Shown here piece by piece: positions 1 to 11,116 of a stretch of 64,000 bases of DNA (position 1 is the first letter of the stretch; every line of letters starts with the position of its first letter). Origin of the DNA: Leptolyngbyaceae cyanobacterium clean351 (GTDB taxonomy: Bacteria > Cyanobacteriota > Cyanobacteriia > DAIDHW01); assembly GCA_027451865.1 (NCBI GenBank), contig DAIDHW010000003.1, positions 6,891 through 70,890 on the forward strand, written 5' to 3'. Made by a program: the position numbers and the translations under genes. Below the pieces are notes generated by a model that saw nothing but the letters and a program-made list of their open reading frames with translations, was not told the DNA's origin and ran no database searches.

Positions 1-987
1 CTAGGGGGGGTGGACCTGCAGATCAATGGGGCTTTGGGGTTAGCCTTTCCAGAACTGGACTGGGACCAGGCAGACCAGCTTACCCGGGTGGCCACCTTTC
101 TCTACCAGCAGGGGGTAGACGCCTTCCTCCCCACCCTGGTCACCGCCCCCGTGCCCAAGATCCATCGGGCCCTAGAGGTCCTCAGTCACCACCGCGGTGG
201 TCCTGGTCAGGCCCAAGTTTTGGGAGCCCACCTAGAGGGTCCGTTTCTCAACCCCGCCAAACGGGGGGCCCACCCCCAGGCCTACCTCTTACCCTTCAAC
301 CAAGACCAGGTGGATTGGCTGCTGGGGAGTTTCGCTGCCCAGGTGCGCCTGATTACCCTAGCTCCAGAGTTGGATTCCACCCAGACCCTGATTCCCTACC
401 TGCGGCAGCGGGGGATTCTCGTCAGCCTAGGCCACTCCCAGGCCACTGCCCCCCAAGCCACCGCCGCCTTTGACCAGGGGGCGACCCTGGTGACCCATGC
501 CTTTAATGCCATGCCGGGGCTGCACCACCGGGACCCCGGGCTATTGGCAGCGGCAATCCTGGACCCGCGGGTAAGCTGTGGCCTGATCGCCGACGGGCAG
601 CACGTAGACCCCCTGATGGTTAAGCTCCTGCTGCGGGCTAGTACCGGTGACCAGGGGGTGTTTTTAGTCAGTGATGCCCTAGCGCCCCTAGGGTTAGGGG
701 AGGGAGACTACCCCTGGGACCAGCGAGTGGTCCAAGTCCGCCAGGGTACAGCCCGGCTGGGGGATGGGATCCTGGCCGGCACGGTCCTGCCCCTGCTAGC
801 GGGGGTAGAAAACCTCGTGCGCTGGGGGGCCTGTGACGTGGGCACCGCCATTGCCCTGGCCACCGAGGCTCCCCGACGAGCCCTAGGCCTAGGGGGCTTG
901 AGGGTCGGTCAACCGGTAGAGAGGCTGCTGCGCTGGCGGTGGCAACCAGCCCCCCAGACCCTCACCTGGGAGCCCCTCCCCTGGTAA
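1..987 (+). CDS. nagA: N-acetylglucosamine-6-phosphate deacetylase, 5'-truncated by window edge
   Basis: The ORF is open from nt 1 with no upstream stop. It has the HLEGPF(L/I)N motif and the DxQxNG region typical of NagA/amidohydrolases. About 55 N-terminal residues are missing. Confidence 0.75.
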   Translation, partial: LGGVDLQINGALGLAFPELDWDQADQLTRVATFLYQQGVDAFLPTLVTAPVPKIHRALEVLSHHRGGPGQAQVLGAHLEGPFLNPAKRGAHPQAYLLPFNQDQVDWLLGSFAAQVRLITLAPELDSTQTLIPYLRQRGILVSLGHSQATAPQATAAFDQGATLVTHAFNAMPGLHHRDPGLLAAAILDPRVSCGLIADGQHVDPLMVKLLLRASTGDQGVFLVSDALAPLGLGEGDYPWDQRVVQVRQGTARLGDGILAGTVLPLLAGVENLVRWGACDVGTAIALATEAPRRALGLGGLRVGQPVERLLRWRWQPAPQTLTWEPLPW

Positions 988-1039
988 TCTAGCCGCCGAC
1001 CAGCCTATACTCGAAAAAAATTCTCTGTGCAGCGGGCTT

Positions 1040-1459
1040 GTGACCCCACCCCTAGCACCCCTTGAGGGAGCGAACTATTACCAGATCCTCGGCTTGGCCC
1101 CCAGTGCTGCCCCAGGGGAGATTCGGGCCGCCTACTGGCGCCTGTGCAAGGTCTACCATCCGGACATCACCGATCTACCGGCGGCGGTAGCCGTGACCAG
1201 GTTCCAGCAGGTGCGCGAGGCCTACACCACCCTAATCGACCCCCGGGCCCGGCAGGCCTATGACTGCCTCCTTAAATCTGGGCAGCCTCCGGGGCCGCCG
1301 GTAGCCCCCGTCTCGGTGGCCCTGGACCCCCTGGACCCCAAGGACCGCCCCCTCTCAGCTGGGGAGGTGTTTGCCCTGTTAATCCTCGGATTAACCTTTT
1401 TGGCTTGCCTGGCCCTGGCGGTGATTCTGGGGTTTCTGGAAAGCCCCGTCACCGCCTAG
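1040..1459 (+). CDS. J-domain (DnaJ-like) protein with C-terminal transmembrane helix
   Basis: It has a YYQILGL...YHPD J-domain signature followed by a hydrophobic C-terminal segment. It uses a GTG start. Confidence 0.6.
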   Translation: MTPPLAPLEGANYYQILGLAPSAAPGEIRAAYWRLCKVYHPDITDLPAAVAVTRFQQVREAYTTLIDPRARQAYDCLLKSGQPPGPPVAPVSVALDPLDPKDRPLSAGEVFALLILGLTFLACLALAVILGFLESPVTA

Positions 1460-2029
1460 CTGGGCCCACCGCCATAGCTGGCGCACCTGGGGGGGGGATA
1501 GCTCTTGCCACTCCCCCAGCTCGAGGGGCTTGAGGGTGAAGGGCCCTAGGGCCACCCGGATTAGGCGCAGGGTAGGATGGCCTACCGCGGCCGTCATCCG
1601 TCGGACCTGGCGGTTGCGTCCCTCCGTCAGCCCCAAGGCTAGCCAGGTGGTGGGGATGTGGAGGCGGTGACGGACCGGCGGGTGGCGGGGCCCCACGGGT
1701 GGGGACGGCTCTAGCACCTGGACCTGGGCTGGGCGGGTGCGGTAGTCCCGGACCACTACTCCCCGGCGCAACTGCTCTAGGGCTTGGTATCCGGGCTCCC
1801 CCTCCACCTGCACCCAGTAGGTACGCTGGTGACCAAACTTGGGGTCTGTCAACCGGTGCTGCAGGGGGCCATCGTCAGTTAAAAGTACCAGGCCTTCGCT
1901 ATCTCGGTCCAGGCGGCCGACCGGGTAGACTCCCCCTAGGGGAATGTAGTCCCCCAGGGTGGGAGTACCGGGGCTCGGGGAGAACTGACACAGGACATCG
2001 TAGGGTTTATGGAAAAGCAGGTAGCGCAC
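1391..2029 (-). CDS. RsuA/RluE-family pseudouridine synthase
   Basis: It has the GRLDRDSEGLVLLTDDG catalytic motif. The start is moved to an internal GTG at 2029-2027, which overlaps the mrdA stop as TAGTG. The longer ORF upstream would overlap mrdA. Confidence 0.7.
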   Translation of the reverse strand: MRYLLFHKPYDVLCQFSPSPGTPTLGDYIPLGGVYPVGRLDRDSEGLVLLTDDGPLQHRLTDPKFGHQRTYWVQVEGEPGYQALEQLRRGVVVRDYRTRPAQVQVLEPSPPVGPRHPPVRHRLHIPTTWLALGLTEGRNRQVRRMTAAVGHPTLRLIRVALGPFTLKPLELGEWQELSPPQVRQLWRWAQLGGDGAFQKPQNHRQGQASQKG

Positions 2030-3822
2030 TAGGGGTGGACAGGAGGGGCCGGGGGATGGTGAGCCGGGGGATGGAAGTAGGCAGAGTAGATCTTGTGGGC
2101 GATGGGCACCGCCGACACATCCCCGAAGCCGCCTCCCTGAACGATAATAGCCATGGCGATTTGGGGGTCGCTGACGGGGCCAAAACCCACCCACAGGGCG
2201 TTATCTGGTTCCCCCTGGACTTGGGCGGTGCCGGTTTTGCCCGCGGTTAGAGGAATAGAGCCGTCGTTGAGGCTACTGCCCGTGCCCACCTTGACTACCT
2301 CAATCAGGCCCCCCTCAATGGTGCTGAGGGTACTAGGCTTCAGGTGGAGGGGAGTAGGCTGCATGGAGGGGGCGTTATCCTGGTCAAGAAACAGATGGGG
2401 TACTAGGCGCTGGCCCTTGGTGGCGATGACAGCGACCATCTCCGTTAGTTCCAGGGGTGTAGCTAATACTAACCCTTGGCCAATGGACATAGTCACTGTA
2501 TCCCCAATGTACCAGGGCTGATGAAACAAGCGTTCTTTACTGGCGGGGGTGGGAACGTAGCCGTGGCTGGCGTCGTCCAGGTCCATGTTCCAGGTAGTGC
2601 CAATTCCCAGTTTCTTAGCCCAGTAGGCGATGTTCTCCGGTCCGGTCCGCATGCCTACCTGGTAGAAAAATGAGTTACTGCTGTAGGCGATGGCTTCCCG
2701 AAAGCCGACCAGCCCCAGGTTACCGGCCAGGTCATGGAAGCTGATGCCCCCGATGGTCAGGTAGGGGTGGGTCTCAAGGAGCGAGTCCGGCTGCATGCGC
2801 CCAGACTGGAGGGCGGCGGTGGTGACGGCGATCTTAAAGGTGCTGCCGGGGGGGTAGGGCTGGACGGCACGGTTGAGGAAGGGTTTGTCGCGTCCCTGCA
2901 GCTGCGCCCACTCCCGGTCAGTGATCCGGCGGGTGAACAGGTTGGGGTCGAAGGAGGGGCCGCTAGTCATGGCCAGAATGCCACCGGTCTTGACGTCCAT
3001 GACCACCACCGCTCCCCGCCGTTGGTCTAGGGCCCGCTCCGCCACCTGCTGGATATCCAAGTCCAAGGTCAACTGAACCGTACGACCTGGCTGGGGGGGC
3101 TTGTCTTCAAGGAGTTTTACAGGCTGACCCGCAGCGTCCACTTCTACCAGGTGACTACCCCAGACCCCCTCTAGGGCCTGGTTAGCGATCCGCTCCACCC
3201 CCATACGGCCAATGATAATTCCTATCGGGTAGTTGGGGTGGGCCTTGAGGTCAGCGGCGGTAGCTTCGCTGATGTAGCCAAGGACGTGGGAAGCGAGGTT
3301 GCCGTAGGGGTAGTAACGGCTAAACTCCTGCCGCACATCCAGGCCGGGAATTTCGCTGGTGTACTCCTCAAGGGCCACAAAGGCTGCCGGTTCTAGGGTA
3401 CCGCTAACCCGCACCGGCACGGCCGAGTTGTAGCCGGCCTCCTGGAGTTTGGCAAGAATATCGGCACTGGATACCCCAATCACCGGGGCTAGTTGGGCAG
3501 CGGTAGACCGCCACTGGGCTGGGGTCTGCTGCCGGGGCCACAGGTAGAGGGAATGGGTCAGGCGGTTCCCCGCTAGCAGCCGGCCATAGCGGTCAACAAT
3601 CTTACCGCGCTCCGAGGGGATAGGCACCGGCCGAATGCTATTGTCCTCGGCGAGGTGCCGATTATGCACCCCCTCCACCAGCTGCAGTTGAGCTAGACGG
3701 ACTACACAGGCTAGAAGCAGAAGCGTGACAATTGCCATCAAAACCACCGCCCGGTAGGTTTGGGCGGGGCGATGGAGGGCATCTCCATCCTTCACCGGGG
3801 AGGAAATCAGCCGCTGGGCCAT
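2029..3822 (-). CDS. mrdA: penicillin-binding protein 2 (peptidoglycan D,D-transpeptidase)
   Basis: It has an N-terminal TM helix, the STFK active-site motif (PPGSTFKIAV), and the SSN motif (AYSSNSFF). The start is placed at the internal MAQRLIS methionine, which is uncertain. Confidence 0.8.
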   Translation of the reverse strand: MAQRLISSPVKDGDALHRPAQTYRAVVLMAIVTLLLLACVVRLAQLQLVEGVHNRHLAEDNSIRPVPIPSERGKIVDRYGRLLAGNRLTHSLYLWPRQQTPAQWRSTAAQLAPVIGVSSADILAKLQEAGYNSAVPVRVSGTLEPAAFVALEEYTSEIPGLDVRQEFSRYYPYGNLASHVLGYISEATAADLKAHPNYPIGIIIGRMGVERIANQALEGVWGSHLVEVDAAGQPVKLLEDKPPQPGRTVQLTLDLDIQQVAERALDQRRGAVVVMDVKTGGILAMTSGPSFDPNLFTRRITDREWAQLQGRDKPFLNRAVQPYPPGSTFKIAVTTAALQSGRMQPDSLLETHPYLTIGGISFHDLAGNLGLVGFREAIAYSSNSFFYQVGMRTGPENIAYWAKKLGIGTTWNMDLDDASHGYVPTPASKERLFHQPWYIGDTVTMSIGQGLVLATPLELTEMVAVIATKGQRLVPHLFLDQDNAPSMQPTPLHLKPSTLSTIEGGLIEVVKVGTGSSLNDGSIPLTAGKTGTAQVQGEPDNALWVGFGPVSDPQIAMAIIVQGGGFGDVSAVPIAHKIYSAYFHPPAHHPPAPPVHP

Positions 3823-3931
3823 GGGAATTCCTAACGAGAGACCTAGCCATTCCAGTTTAGGATGGGCGTCGGTTTTGTGGGAATATAAAAACACCCTGGC
3901 CAGTGACTGCCTTTCCCCTTGCTACCTTGAT

Positions 3932-4165
3932 ATGGATGAATTATTTCCTGTGCACACCCGCGTCCGGGTGAAAAAGTCTGTTTTGGTCTACCATCATCCA
4001 GACCATCGCAACCAGCCTTTTGAGCTCCTAGGGCAGGTGGGGGAAGTGGAGGCAGTGATCCGGGATTGGCACGGGCGGCCAGTGAGCGCCAATCTCCCCT
4101 ACTTAGTAAAATTTGGGCCCAAGTTTAAGGCCCACCTGGAGGCCAGTGAGCTAGAGCGAGCCTAG
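3932..4165 (+). CDS. ftrV: ferredoxin-thioredoxin reductase variable (alpha) subunit
   Basis: It is about 77 aa and has the ...VRVKKSVLVYHHPDHRNQPFEL...SANLPYLVKF... pattern matching cyanobacterial FtrV (VYHHPEH motif). It uses an internal Met start. Confidence 0.7.
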   Translation: MDELFPVHTRVRVKKSVLVYHHPDHRNQPFELLGQVGEVEAVIRDWHGRPVSANLPYLVKFGPKFKAHLEASELERA

Positions 4166-5319
4166 GCCAGCTGGGGGGCAAATAGGTCCGCCCCAAATAG
4201 CTCCGTTAACACCGTGTTGGAAAACAGAAACCCCTCCGGGTCCCGCAGGCGAATGCGGTCAGGGGGCAAGAGTTCTAGCCACTGGGGATAGCGCTGGCGC
4301 ACCCGGTGCAGATGCTCAAGGACCGGGGCCGGCAGTTGGCCGAGGGTGAGGCCTTCCCTGAGACGCAGCCCCAGCATCAAGGTGTCCATCACCTGCTCGA
4401 GGGGCTCAGTGACTGGGGCCGTCTGGGGGGCTCCTGCCAGCACCCAGTCCCGGTAGCCGTTGACCGTGCGGGGTCGGGCTTGGCGGCGGCCTTGGAGGTA
4501 ACTGGTAGCCCCCATGCCAAAACCGTAGAAGGGGCGGTTTTCCCAGTAGACGCGATTATGGCGGCACTGGTAACCGGGGCGGGCGTAGTTGGAGACCTCG
4601 TAGTGTTCAAACCCCACTGCCCGGATTGTCTCACTGGCCAGACGATACATGTCCGCGGCGGTTTGGTCAGGGGGCAATGGGGCTACCCCAGCCTGGTAAC
4701 GGCGGCTGAAGGCGGTGCCGGGCTCTAGGCTCAGGTCGTAGGTGGAAAGGTGGGCGGGGGCCAGGGCGAGAGCTGCCCGGAGGGTACGGCGCCACTGGGG
4801 GAGGGTCTGGTGAGGCAGGCCCGACATTAGGTCTAGGTTGACGTTAGGGCAGCCTCCCCGCTCTAGGAGCTCCCGGGCGGTGTAGATATCTGCCACCGTG
4901 TGGGTGCGCCCTAGCAGCTGCAGCAGTTGCGGCTCGAAGGACTGGGCTCCCAAGCTGACCCGATTTACCCCTAGGGCCACTAGAGCCCGCACCTGGGCGG
5001 CACTGAAGGTACCCGGGTCCATCTCGAGGGAAATCTCTGCCCCCTTAGCCAAACCGCAGCGCCGGTCTAGGGCGGCAAGGATCTGCCCTACCTGCTCCGG
5101 GGTCAGCAGGGAGGGAGTGCCGCCGCCGAAAAACACCGTTTCCAGGGGAGGGCCACTAGTGAGGTTGATTTCCTGCTCTAGGAGGGTCACGTACAAGGCC
5201 ACGGTGCCGGAGTTTTCCCCCCGCAGGTAGTCCCCGAGCACTGAGACCGGGAAGTCACAGTAGTAGCAGCGGCGCCGGCAGAAGGGGATGTGGACGTAGG
5301 CTGACCGGGGTAGTTCCAT
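4162..5319 (-). CDS. hemW: radical SAM HemN-family protein (HemW-like heme chaperone / coproporphyrinogen dehydrogenase-like)
   Basis: It has the CxxxCxYC radical-SAM motif (CRRRCYYCDF) and a HemN C-terminal domain. It is about 385 aa. Confidence 0.8.
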   Translation of the reverse strand: MELPRSAYVHIPFCRRRCYYCDFPVSVLGDYLRGENSGTVALYVTLLEQEINLTSGPPLETVFFGGGTPSLLTPEQVGQILAALDRRCGLAKGAEISLEMDPGTFSAAQVRALVALGVNRVSLGAQSFEPQLLQLLGRTHTVADIYTARELLERGGCPNVNLDLMSGLPHQTLPQWRRTLRAALALAPAHLSTYDLSLEPGTAFSRRYQAGVAPLPPDQTAADMYRLASETIRAVGFEHYEVSNYARPGYQCRHNRVYWENRPFYGFGMGATSYLQGRRQARPRTVNGYRDWVLAGAPQTAPVTEPLEQVMDTLMLGLRLREGLTLGQLPAPVLEHLHRVRQRYPQWLELLPPDRIRLRDPEGFLFSNTVLTELFGADLFAPQLA

Positions 5320-5411
5320 GGCGGCTCCCCCAACCGTTGATGTAGTAGGATCTGGAGATATATCTATGTTCCCGGACCGGGCACCAAAGTAACCCTGGGA
5401 GGTGTACCCCG

Positions 5412-6491
5412 ATGCTAGATGCCATTATCATCATTTCCTTTATCCTAGCGACAGGGGGAATAAGCTACCACGGCGTCGAACTGCTACCGCCGGCCATGAC
5501 CGACCAAGTGACCAATCTCCAAGCCCTGCGCTGGGTGATGGCCGGGTTCGGCAGCCTCGTAGGTATGGCCATCGGTCTGAGCGCCCAGGGGGCCTACCGA
5601 CGGGTGGAGGCGCAAATCAAGAAAATGCCCGCCGACATGCTCCTGAGTCGGGCCGTGGGGCTAGTGATCGGGCTGCTAGTGGCAAACCTCATGCTAGCGC
5701 CCTTGTTTTTGGTGCCGGTCCCCCCGGAATTCGGGTTTGTCAAACCCCTGACGGCGGTTCTGGGTAGTCTCCTATTTGCCTTTTCCGGGGTGACCCTAGC
5801 CGACAGCCAGGGCCGGGCGCTGCTGCGTCTCATTAGTCCCCAGAGTGTAGAGGCTCTCCTGGTGGCCGAAGGGACTCTGCAGCCGAGTGCTACTAAGGTC
5901 CTGGACACCAGTGCCATTATTGATGGCCGCATCCAGGCCCTGTTAGATACGGGGTTTTTAGAGGGGCAAATCCTCGTCCCCCAGTTTGTCCTTACCGAGC
6001 TGCAGCAGGTGGCCGACGCCGCCAACGACCAGAAGCGAGCCCGCGGCCGGCGGGGGCTTGACGTCCTCAAGCGCATCCAGAACGCCTACCCCGACCGGAT
6101 CTTGATCCATCCAGCCGACTACGACGACATCAACACTGTAGACGGGAAGTTAGTCCGTCTGGCCCAGGAGATCAACGGCACTCTATTTACCAACGACTAC
6201 AACCTCAACAAGGTAGCTAGTCTCCAGAAGGTGCGGGTCCTCAATGTCAACGACCTAGCCCAATCCATGCGGCCGGTTTATCTGCCTGGGGATAGTTTAG
6301 ACCTGAGGATTCTCCGGGAAGGCAAGGAGCCGAGCCAAGGGGTAGGGTACCTAGAGGACGGCACCATGGTCGTAGTGGAGGAGGGACGCAGCCACATCGG
6401 CGGCGAGCTGCAGGTGGTGGTGACTAGCTCGCTGCAAACCGCCGCCGGGCGGATGATCTTTGCCCGGCCCAAGTCTACCCTGGTGGCCTAG
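5412..6491 (+). CDS. PIN/TRAM-domain membrane protein (YacL-like)
   Basis: It has N-terminal TM segments, a PIN-like core, and a C-terminal TRAM-like beta domain ([15 protein letters not shown]). Confidence 0.6.
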   Translation: MLDAIIIISFILATGGISYHGVELLPPAMTDQVTNLQALRWVMAGFGSLVGMAIGLSAQGAYRRVEAQIKKMPADMLLSRAVGLVIGLLVANLMLAPLFLVPVPPEFGFVKPLTAVLGSLLFAFSGVTLADSQGRALLRLISPQSVEALLVAEGTLQPSATKVLDTSAIIDGRIQALLDTGFLEGQILVPQFVLTELQQVADAANDQKRARGRRGLDVLKRIQNAYPDRILIHPADYDDINTVDGKLVRLAQEINGTLFTNDYNLNKVASLQKVRVLNVNDLAQSMRPVYLPGDSLDLRILREGKEPSQGVGYLEDGTMVVVEEGRSHIGGELQVVVTSSLQTAAGRMIFARPKSTLVA

Positions 6492-6493
6492 CT

Positions 6494-7498
6494 ATGGCCC
6501 GGGTGCTGGTGACAGGGGCGGCCGGGTTTATCGGCTTCCACTTGGCTCGCCGCCTTTTGGGCCGGGGGGACCAGGTGGGGGGCCTTGACAACCTCAACCC
6601 CTACTACGACCCGGCTCTGAAGCGCTCCCGGCTAGAGCAGCTGTTGGCCCAGCCCGGGTTCACCTTCTACCCCCTGGACCTGGCGGACCGGGCTGCTCTG
6701 GCGGACCTGTTTGCCCAGGGGAGCTGGGAAGTGGTAGTTAATCTAGCTGCTCAGGCGGGGGTACGCCACTCCCTCACCAATCCCTACGCCTACGTAGACA
6801 GCAATCTTGTCGGCTTTACCCACATCCTGGAGGGCTGCCGCCACGGCGGAGTTAAGCACTTGGTGTTTGCCTCCTCAAGTTCAGTGTACGGGGCTAACAC
6901 CCAGTTTCCCTTCTCGGTGCGGCAGAACGTCGACCATCCCTTGAGTCTCTACGCCGCCACCAAGAAGGCTAACGAGCTGATGGCCCACACTTACGCCCAC
7001 CTGTACGGTCTGCCCACCACCGGGCTGCGGTTTTTCACCGTTTATGGTCCCTGGGGCCGGCCGGACATGGCCCTATTTCTTTTTACCCGTTCAATCCTGC
7101 AGGGGCAGCCGATTCAGGTATTCAACTACGGCCAGATGAAGCGGGATTTCACTTACATTGACGACATTATCGAAGGAGTAGTGCGGGTCATAGACCACAT
7201 TCCCCAGGGCCTAGGCCCCGCTGCCCCCCTAGAGCCCGGCACCAGCCATGCCCCGTACCGAATCTACAACATTGGCAATAACCAACCGGTAGAACTCCTG
7301 GAATTTATCCAGGTCCTAGAGCACGCCCTAGGCCAGGTGGCCCTTAAGGAGTTCCTGCCCATGCAGCCGGGGGATGTGCCCGCCACCTATGCCGATGTGA
7401 CAGACCTAGAGCAGGCGGTGGGTTTCAGACCGAGTACCCCCATCACTGTGGGTATCCCCCGGTTCGTGGATTGGTACCGGTCCTACTACGGGGTCTAA
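6494..7498 (+). CDS. NAD-dependent nucleotide-sugar epimerase (UDP-glucuronate 4-epimerase-like, SDR family)
   Basis: It has the GAAGFIG Rossmann motif and a YxxxK catalytic dyad (YAATKKANE). Confidence 0.8.
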   Translation: MARVLVTGAAGFIGFHLARRLLGRGDQVGGLDNLNPYYDPALKRSRLEQLLAQPGFTFYPLDLADRAALADLFAQGSWEVVVNLAAQAGVRHSLTNPYAYVDSNLVGFTHILEGCRHGGVKHLVFASSSSVYGANTQFPFSVRQNVDHPLSLYAATKKANELMAHTYAHLYGLPTTGLRFFTVYGPWGRPDMALFLFTRSILQGQPIQVFNYGQMKRDFTYIDDIIEGVVRVIDHIPQGLGPAAPLEPGTSHAPYRIYNIGNNQPVELLEFIQVLEHALGQVALKEFLPMQPGDVPATYADVTDLEQAVGFRPSTPITVGIPRFVDWYRSYYGV

Positions 7499-7660
7499 GT
7501 GTAATCACGTGTTTAGCGGTGGGGGTATTCCCTGGGCTAGGAATGGGGAGCGCCCCCAGGGAGGGGAGATAACTAGGGATACTTACGCATAATTACAGAT
7601 TGTCGCCCGGGTAAGTTGAGTGGGTAGGATGGGTACGAGGTTCCAATTGCAGGCAGGGCC

Positions 7661-8974
7661 TTGATGTTCACCCCACTTTTTCCTAGGGGCTTCCCGGCTA
7701 CCCAGCCCCGTCCCGCCCAGATCGCTGGCGGCTACGCCCTGCTAGCGCTGCTATGGCTTGGGTTTGTCAGTCAAAAATCCGGGGGCCAGGGGGGGATGGC
7801 CAACCACTGGTGGTTCTTCTACAGCCTTGGGCACATCATCCTGACCGCTGGCCTCATCTACTTTCTCACCGACCAGGCTCGCCGCCGCCTCAGCCAGCAG
7901 TACTGGTTATTGTTTGACTGCCATCCCCACCCCCTGTTTATCTTCAACCTGCAAACCCTGCGTTTCTTGGCGGTCAATCAGCGGGCCATCGATGCCTACG
8001 GCTACTCCCACAGGGAGTTTTCGCACCTAAGCGTTAAGGACATCGGGCCCCCGGAGGACATGGCCCCCCTGCTCGCCTCCCTCCAGGAGCATCCCGGTTC
8101 CCTCGGGGAAATCAGGCACGAGGGGGTCTGGCGCCATTGTCAAAAAGACGGCACCGTGATCATGGCGGAGACTTCGATCACCCGGATCACCTTTGGCGGC
8201 CGACCAGCCTGGCTGATGCTGGCTCAGGATGTGACGGAGATAAGTAGGCAGCTACAGCAGGCCCTCCAGGAGCGCACCGCCGAACTACAGGAGCGCAACA
8301 GCGACCTAGAGTTTTTTGCCTCCGCTGTCTCCCATAACCTGCGCGCCCCCCTGCGGCACATTTATCAGTTTGGACAACTCCTAGCTCAGCACCTCGGGAC
8401 AACTGACCCGACCGCCAATCACTACCTTCAGGTGATCCAAAAGGGGGCCGAGAAGATGGACAGCCTAACTACAGGATTGTTGGCCTTTTGTCAGCTGGCC
8501 CAGCAGTCCCTCAACTTAGTAGAAATTGACCTTGGTCCCCTAGTGGCCCACTGCATCAAAACTGTCACCGCTAACCTTCCACGACGGCCCATGGCCTTCA
8601 AGGTCGACGAACTACCTAGAGTACTCGCTGACCCGATGCTTCTGGAGGAGGTGTTTACTAACCTAATCTCCAATGGGATCAAGTTTCACCCCCCCGGGGA
8701 GTTAGTGCAGATTCGGATTGGGGTTGTGTCGGGGAAAACTATCTTTGTGGCCGACCGTGGAGTAGGATTCGACCAGGGGCAAGTTGAGCGCCTATTTCAG
8801 CCCTTCAGCCGCCTCCACCCCCAACAAGAATTCCCCGGGCTCGGGATTGGGTTAGCCCTCACCCAAAGGATTATCCAGCGGCATGGGGGCCGGATCTGGG
8901 CTGAGGGCGTGCCTGGCCAAGGGGCGACCTTCTACCTTGACTTACCTGGTCCTGTACCCCCTACCCCCGATTAA
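7661..8974 (+). CDS. PAS-domain sensor histidine kinase
   Basis: It has a TM N-terminus, a PAS region, an H-box (FASAVSHNLRAPL) and HATPase_c N/G boxes. The start codon is uncertain. Confidence 0.8.
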   Translation: MMFTPLFPRGFPATQPRPAQIAGGYALLALLWLGFVSQKSGGQGGMANHWWFFYSLGHIILTAGLIYFLTDQARRRLSQQYWLLFDCHPHPLFIFNLQTLRFLAVNQRAIDAYGYSHREFSHLSVKDIGPPEDMAPLLASLQEHPGSLGEIRHEGVWRHCQKDGTVIMAETSITRITFGGRPAWLMLAQDVTEISRQLQQALQERTAELQERNSDLEFFASAVSHNLRAPLRHIYQFGQLLAQHLGTTDPTANHYLQVIQKGAEKMDSLTTGLLAFCQLAQQSLNLVEIDLGPLVAHCIKTVTANLPRRPMAFKVDELPRVLADPMLLEEVFTNLISNGIKFHPPGELVQIRIGVVSGKTIFVADRGVGFDQGQVERLFQPFSRLHPQQEFPGLGIGLALTQRIIQRHGGRIWAEGVPGQGATFYLDLPGPVPPTPD

Positions 8975-8983
8975 AAAGCAATC

Positions 8984-11116
8984 ATGAATGAGCTGCCCAC
9001 CAAACCATTACTCCTGAGCGCTCCGGAATACTACATTAATCGGGAGACCAGTTGGCTTGAATTTAATAACCGGGTCCTGCAGGAGGCCTACGACCCCCGT
9101 ACCCCCCTCCTAGAGCGCCTGAAGTTCCTCGCCATCTTCAGTGCCAACCTAGATGAGTACTTCATGGTCCGGGTAGCTGCCCTCAAGGAGCAGGTGGAAG
9201 CCCTTTTCAACCAGCGTACTCCCGATGGTCTAACTCCCCAAGAACAGCTCCAGGCTATCTACACTCGCCTCCAGCCGGTGGTGGTGCGCCAGCACGAGTA
9301 CTTTGAGCAGGAGATGCGGCGGCGACTAGCGGACCAGGGGATTTACCTTCTAGACTACATTGACCTGGACCAAGAACAGCGCCTCTACCTGCGCCAGTAC
9401 TTTGAAGAGCACATTTTCCCGGTCCTCACCCCCCTCGCCGTAGACCCTAGTCATCCCTTCCCCTTTATTTCTAATTTGAGTCTCAACTTGGCCGTCATTG
9501 TCCAAGAGGAAACTAGCGGTAAGGAGTACTTTGCCCGCCTGAAGGTACCCAACCTCCTGCCCCGGTTTCTGGCCCTACCGGCGGGCCTATCCCACCCCCC
9601 CGCTGGTCAACCAGCCCTCTGGAGTGGTGTCCCCCTCGAGCAGGTGATTGCCCACAACCTGGAGCCCCTGTTTCCCGGGATGCATATCCTGGAGTACCAC
9701 GGCTTCCGGGTCACCCGGGGGGCAGAGGCGGAGGTCCAGCAGTCGGAGGCGGATGATCTGCTGCAGGCCATTGAGGAGGTGTTGCGTCAACGCCGGTTTG
9801 GCGGTTCAGTGGTCCGTCTCGAGGTCCAAGCTTCCATGCCCGTGACGGTGCGGGCCCGGCTGATGGAGGAGTTAACGATTGGTGAGCAGGATGTATACGA
9901 GGTGCGGGGTATGCTCGGGCAGCGGGACCTCATTGCCCTGTGGGAGTTGCCCCTGCCCCAGTTTAAGGACCACCCCTGGTCACCAGTAGTCCCTCGGGAG
10001 TTTCAGGAAGGGGAAGACCAAGACAATCTGTTTGCGGTCCTAGACCAACGGGACCTGTTGGTGCACCACCCCTACCAGTCCTTCGCCGGTACAGTCCAGC
10101 GCTTTCTTACCCAGGCCTCCCAGGACCCGGAAGTCCTGGCGATCAAAATGACCCTTTACCGCACCTCGGGGGACTCCCCCATCGTCGATGCCCTGATTCG
10201 AGCGGCAGAGAATGGTAAGCAGGTGGCGGTGCTGGTGGAACTCAAGGCTCGCTTTGATGAGGAGAATAATATTCTCTGGGCCCGGAAGCTAGAAAAAGTG
10301 GGCGTACACGTAGTCTATGGTCTGCTGGGCCTTAAGACTCACACCAAGATCGCCCTGGTGGTGCGGCGGGAGAAGAATCGCATCCGCCGCTACGTCCACA
10401 TCGGCACCGGCAACTATAACCCCAAGACCGCCCGCCTCTACACAGACCTGGGGCTGCTGAGCAGTCAAGAAGACCTAGGGGCGGATCTTTCAGACCTATT
10501 CAATTACCTAACCGGCTACTCCCGTCAGCAAGCCTACCGGAAACTCCTAGTCGCCCCTATGAACCTGCGGGAACGGATGCTGGGGCTGATCGACCGGGAG
10601 GCCACCCACTCTCAGGGGGGGAAGGCAGGCCGGATCATCGCCAAAATGAATTCCCTAGTCGACCCTGAGGTGATTACCCACCTTTACCGAGCCTCCCAAG
10701 CGGGGGTACAGATCGACTTGATAGTGAGGGGGATCTGTTGTCTACGACCCGGGTTGGCCGGGGTGAGTGAGAATATCCGGGTTGTCAGTGTGGTAGGCCG
10801 CTTCCTGGAGCACTCCCGAGTCTTTTACTTCTACAATCAAGGCCAGGAGGAGGTGTTCATCGGCAGCGCCGACTGGATGCCCCGCAACCTCGACCGGCGG
10901 GTGGAAGCGGTAGTGCCCGTAGAAGACCAACGCCTCAGCCGCGACCTGCAGGAGATCGTCGGGACAATGCTGGCGGACAACCGCCACGCCTGGGACCTAC
11001 AGCCGGACTGCACCTACACCCAACGCCAGCCCCAAGAGGGGGAGCGGGAGCGCAGTTGCCAAGACCAGTTAATGGCCACGGCCCGGGGAGGTGTCGGAGT
11101 TGGGGAGTGGAGCTAA
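8984..11116 (+). CDS. ppk: polyphosphate kinase 1
   Basis: It is 710 aa with a PPK1 N-terminus (EYYINRETSWLEFNNRVL) and PLD-like C-terminal domains. Confidence 0.9.
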   Translation: MNELPTKPLLLSAPEYYINRETSWLEFNNRVLQEAYDPRTPLLERLKFLAIFSANLDEYFMVRVAALKEQVEALFNQRTPDGLTPQEQLQAIYTRLQPVVVRQHEYFEQEMRRRLADQGIYLLDYIDLDQEQRLYLRQYFEEHIFPVLTPLAVDPSHPFPFISNLSLNLAVIVQEETSGKEYFARLKVPNLLPRFLALPAGLSHPPAGQPALWSGVPLEQVIAHNLEPLFPGMHILEYHGFRVTRGAEAEVQQSEADDLLQAIEEVLRQRRFGGSVVRLEVQASMPVTVRARLMEELTIGEQDVYEVRGMLGQRDLIALWELPLPQFKDHPWSPVVPREFQEGEDQDNLFAVLDQRDLLVHHPYQSFAGTVQRFLTQASQDPEVLAIKMTLYRTSGDSPIVDALIRAAENGKQVAVLVELKARFDEENNILWARKLEKVGVHVVYGLLGLKTHTKIALVVRREKNRIRRYVHIGTGNYNPKTARLYTDLGLLSSQEDLGADLSDLFNYLTGYSRQQAYRKLLVAPMNLRERMLGLIDREATHSQGGKAGRIIAKMNSLVDPEVITHLYRASQAGVQIDLIVRGICCLRPGLAGVSENIRVVSVVGRFLEHSRVFYFYNQGQEEVFIGSADWMPRNLDRRVEAVVPVEDQRLSRDLQEIVGTMLADNRHAWDLQPDCTYTQRQPQEGERERSCQDQLMATARGGVGVGEWS

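Noticed and set aside
1699-2521. ORFs 1699..2250(+) and 2153..2521(+) overlapping the pseudouridine synthase and mrdA genes
   Set aside because: They are antisense shadow ORFs typical of high-GC DNA, with Gly/Arg/Pro-rich low-complexity translations.
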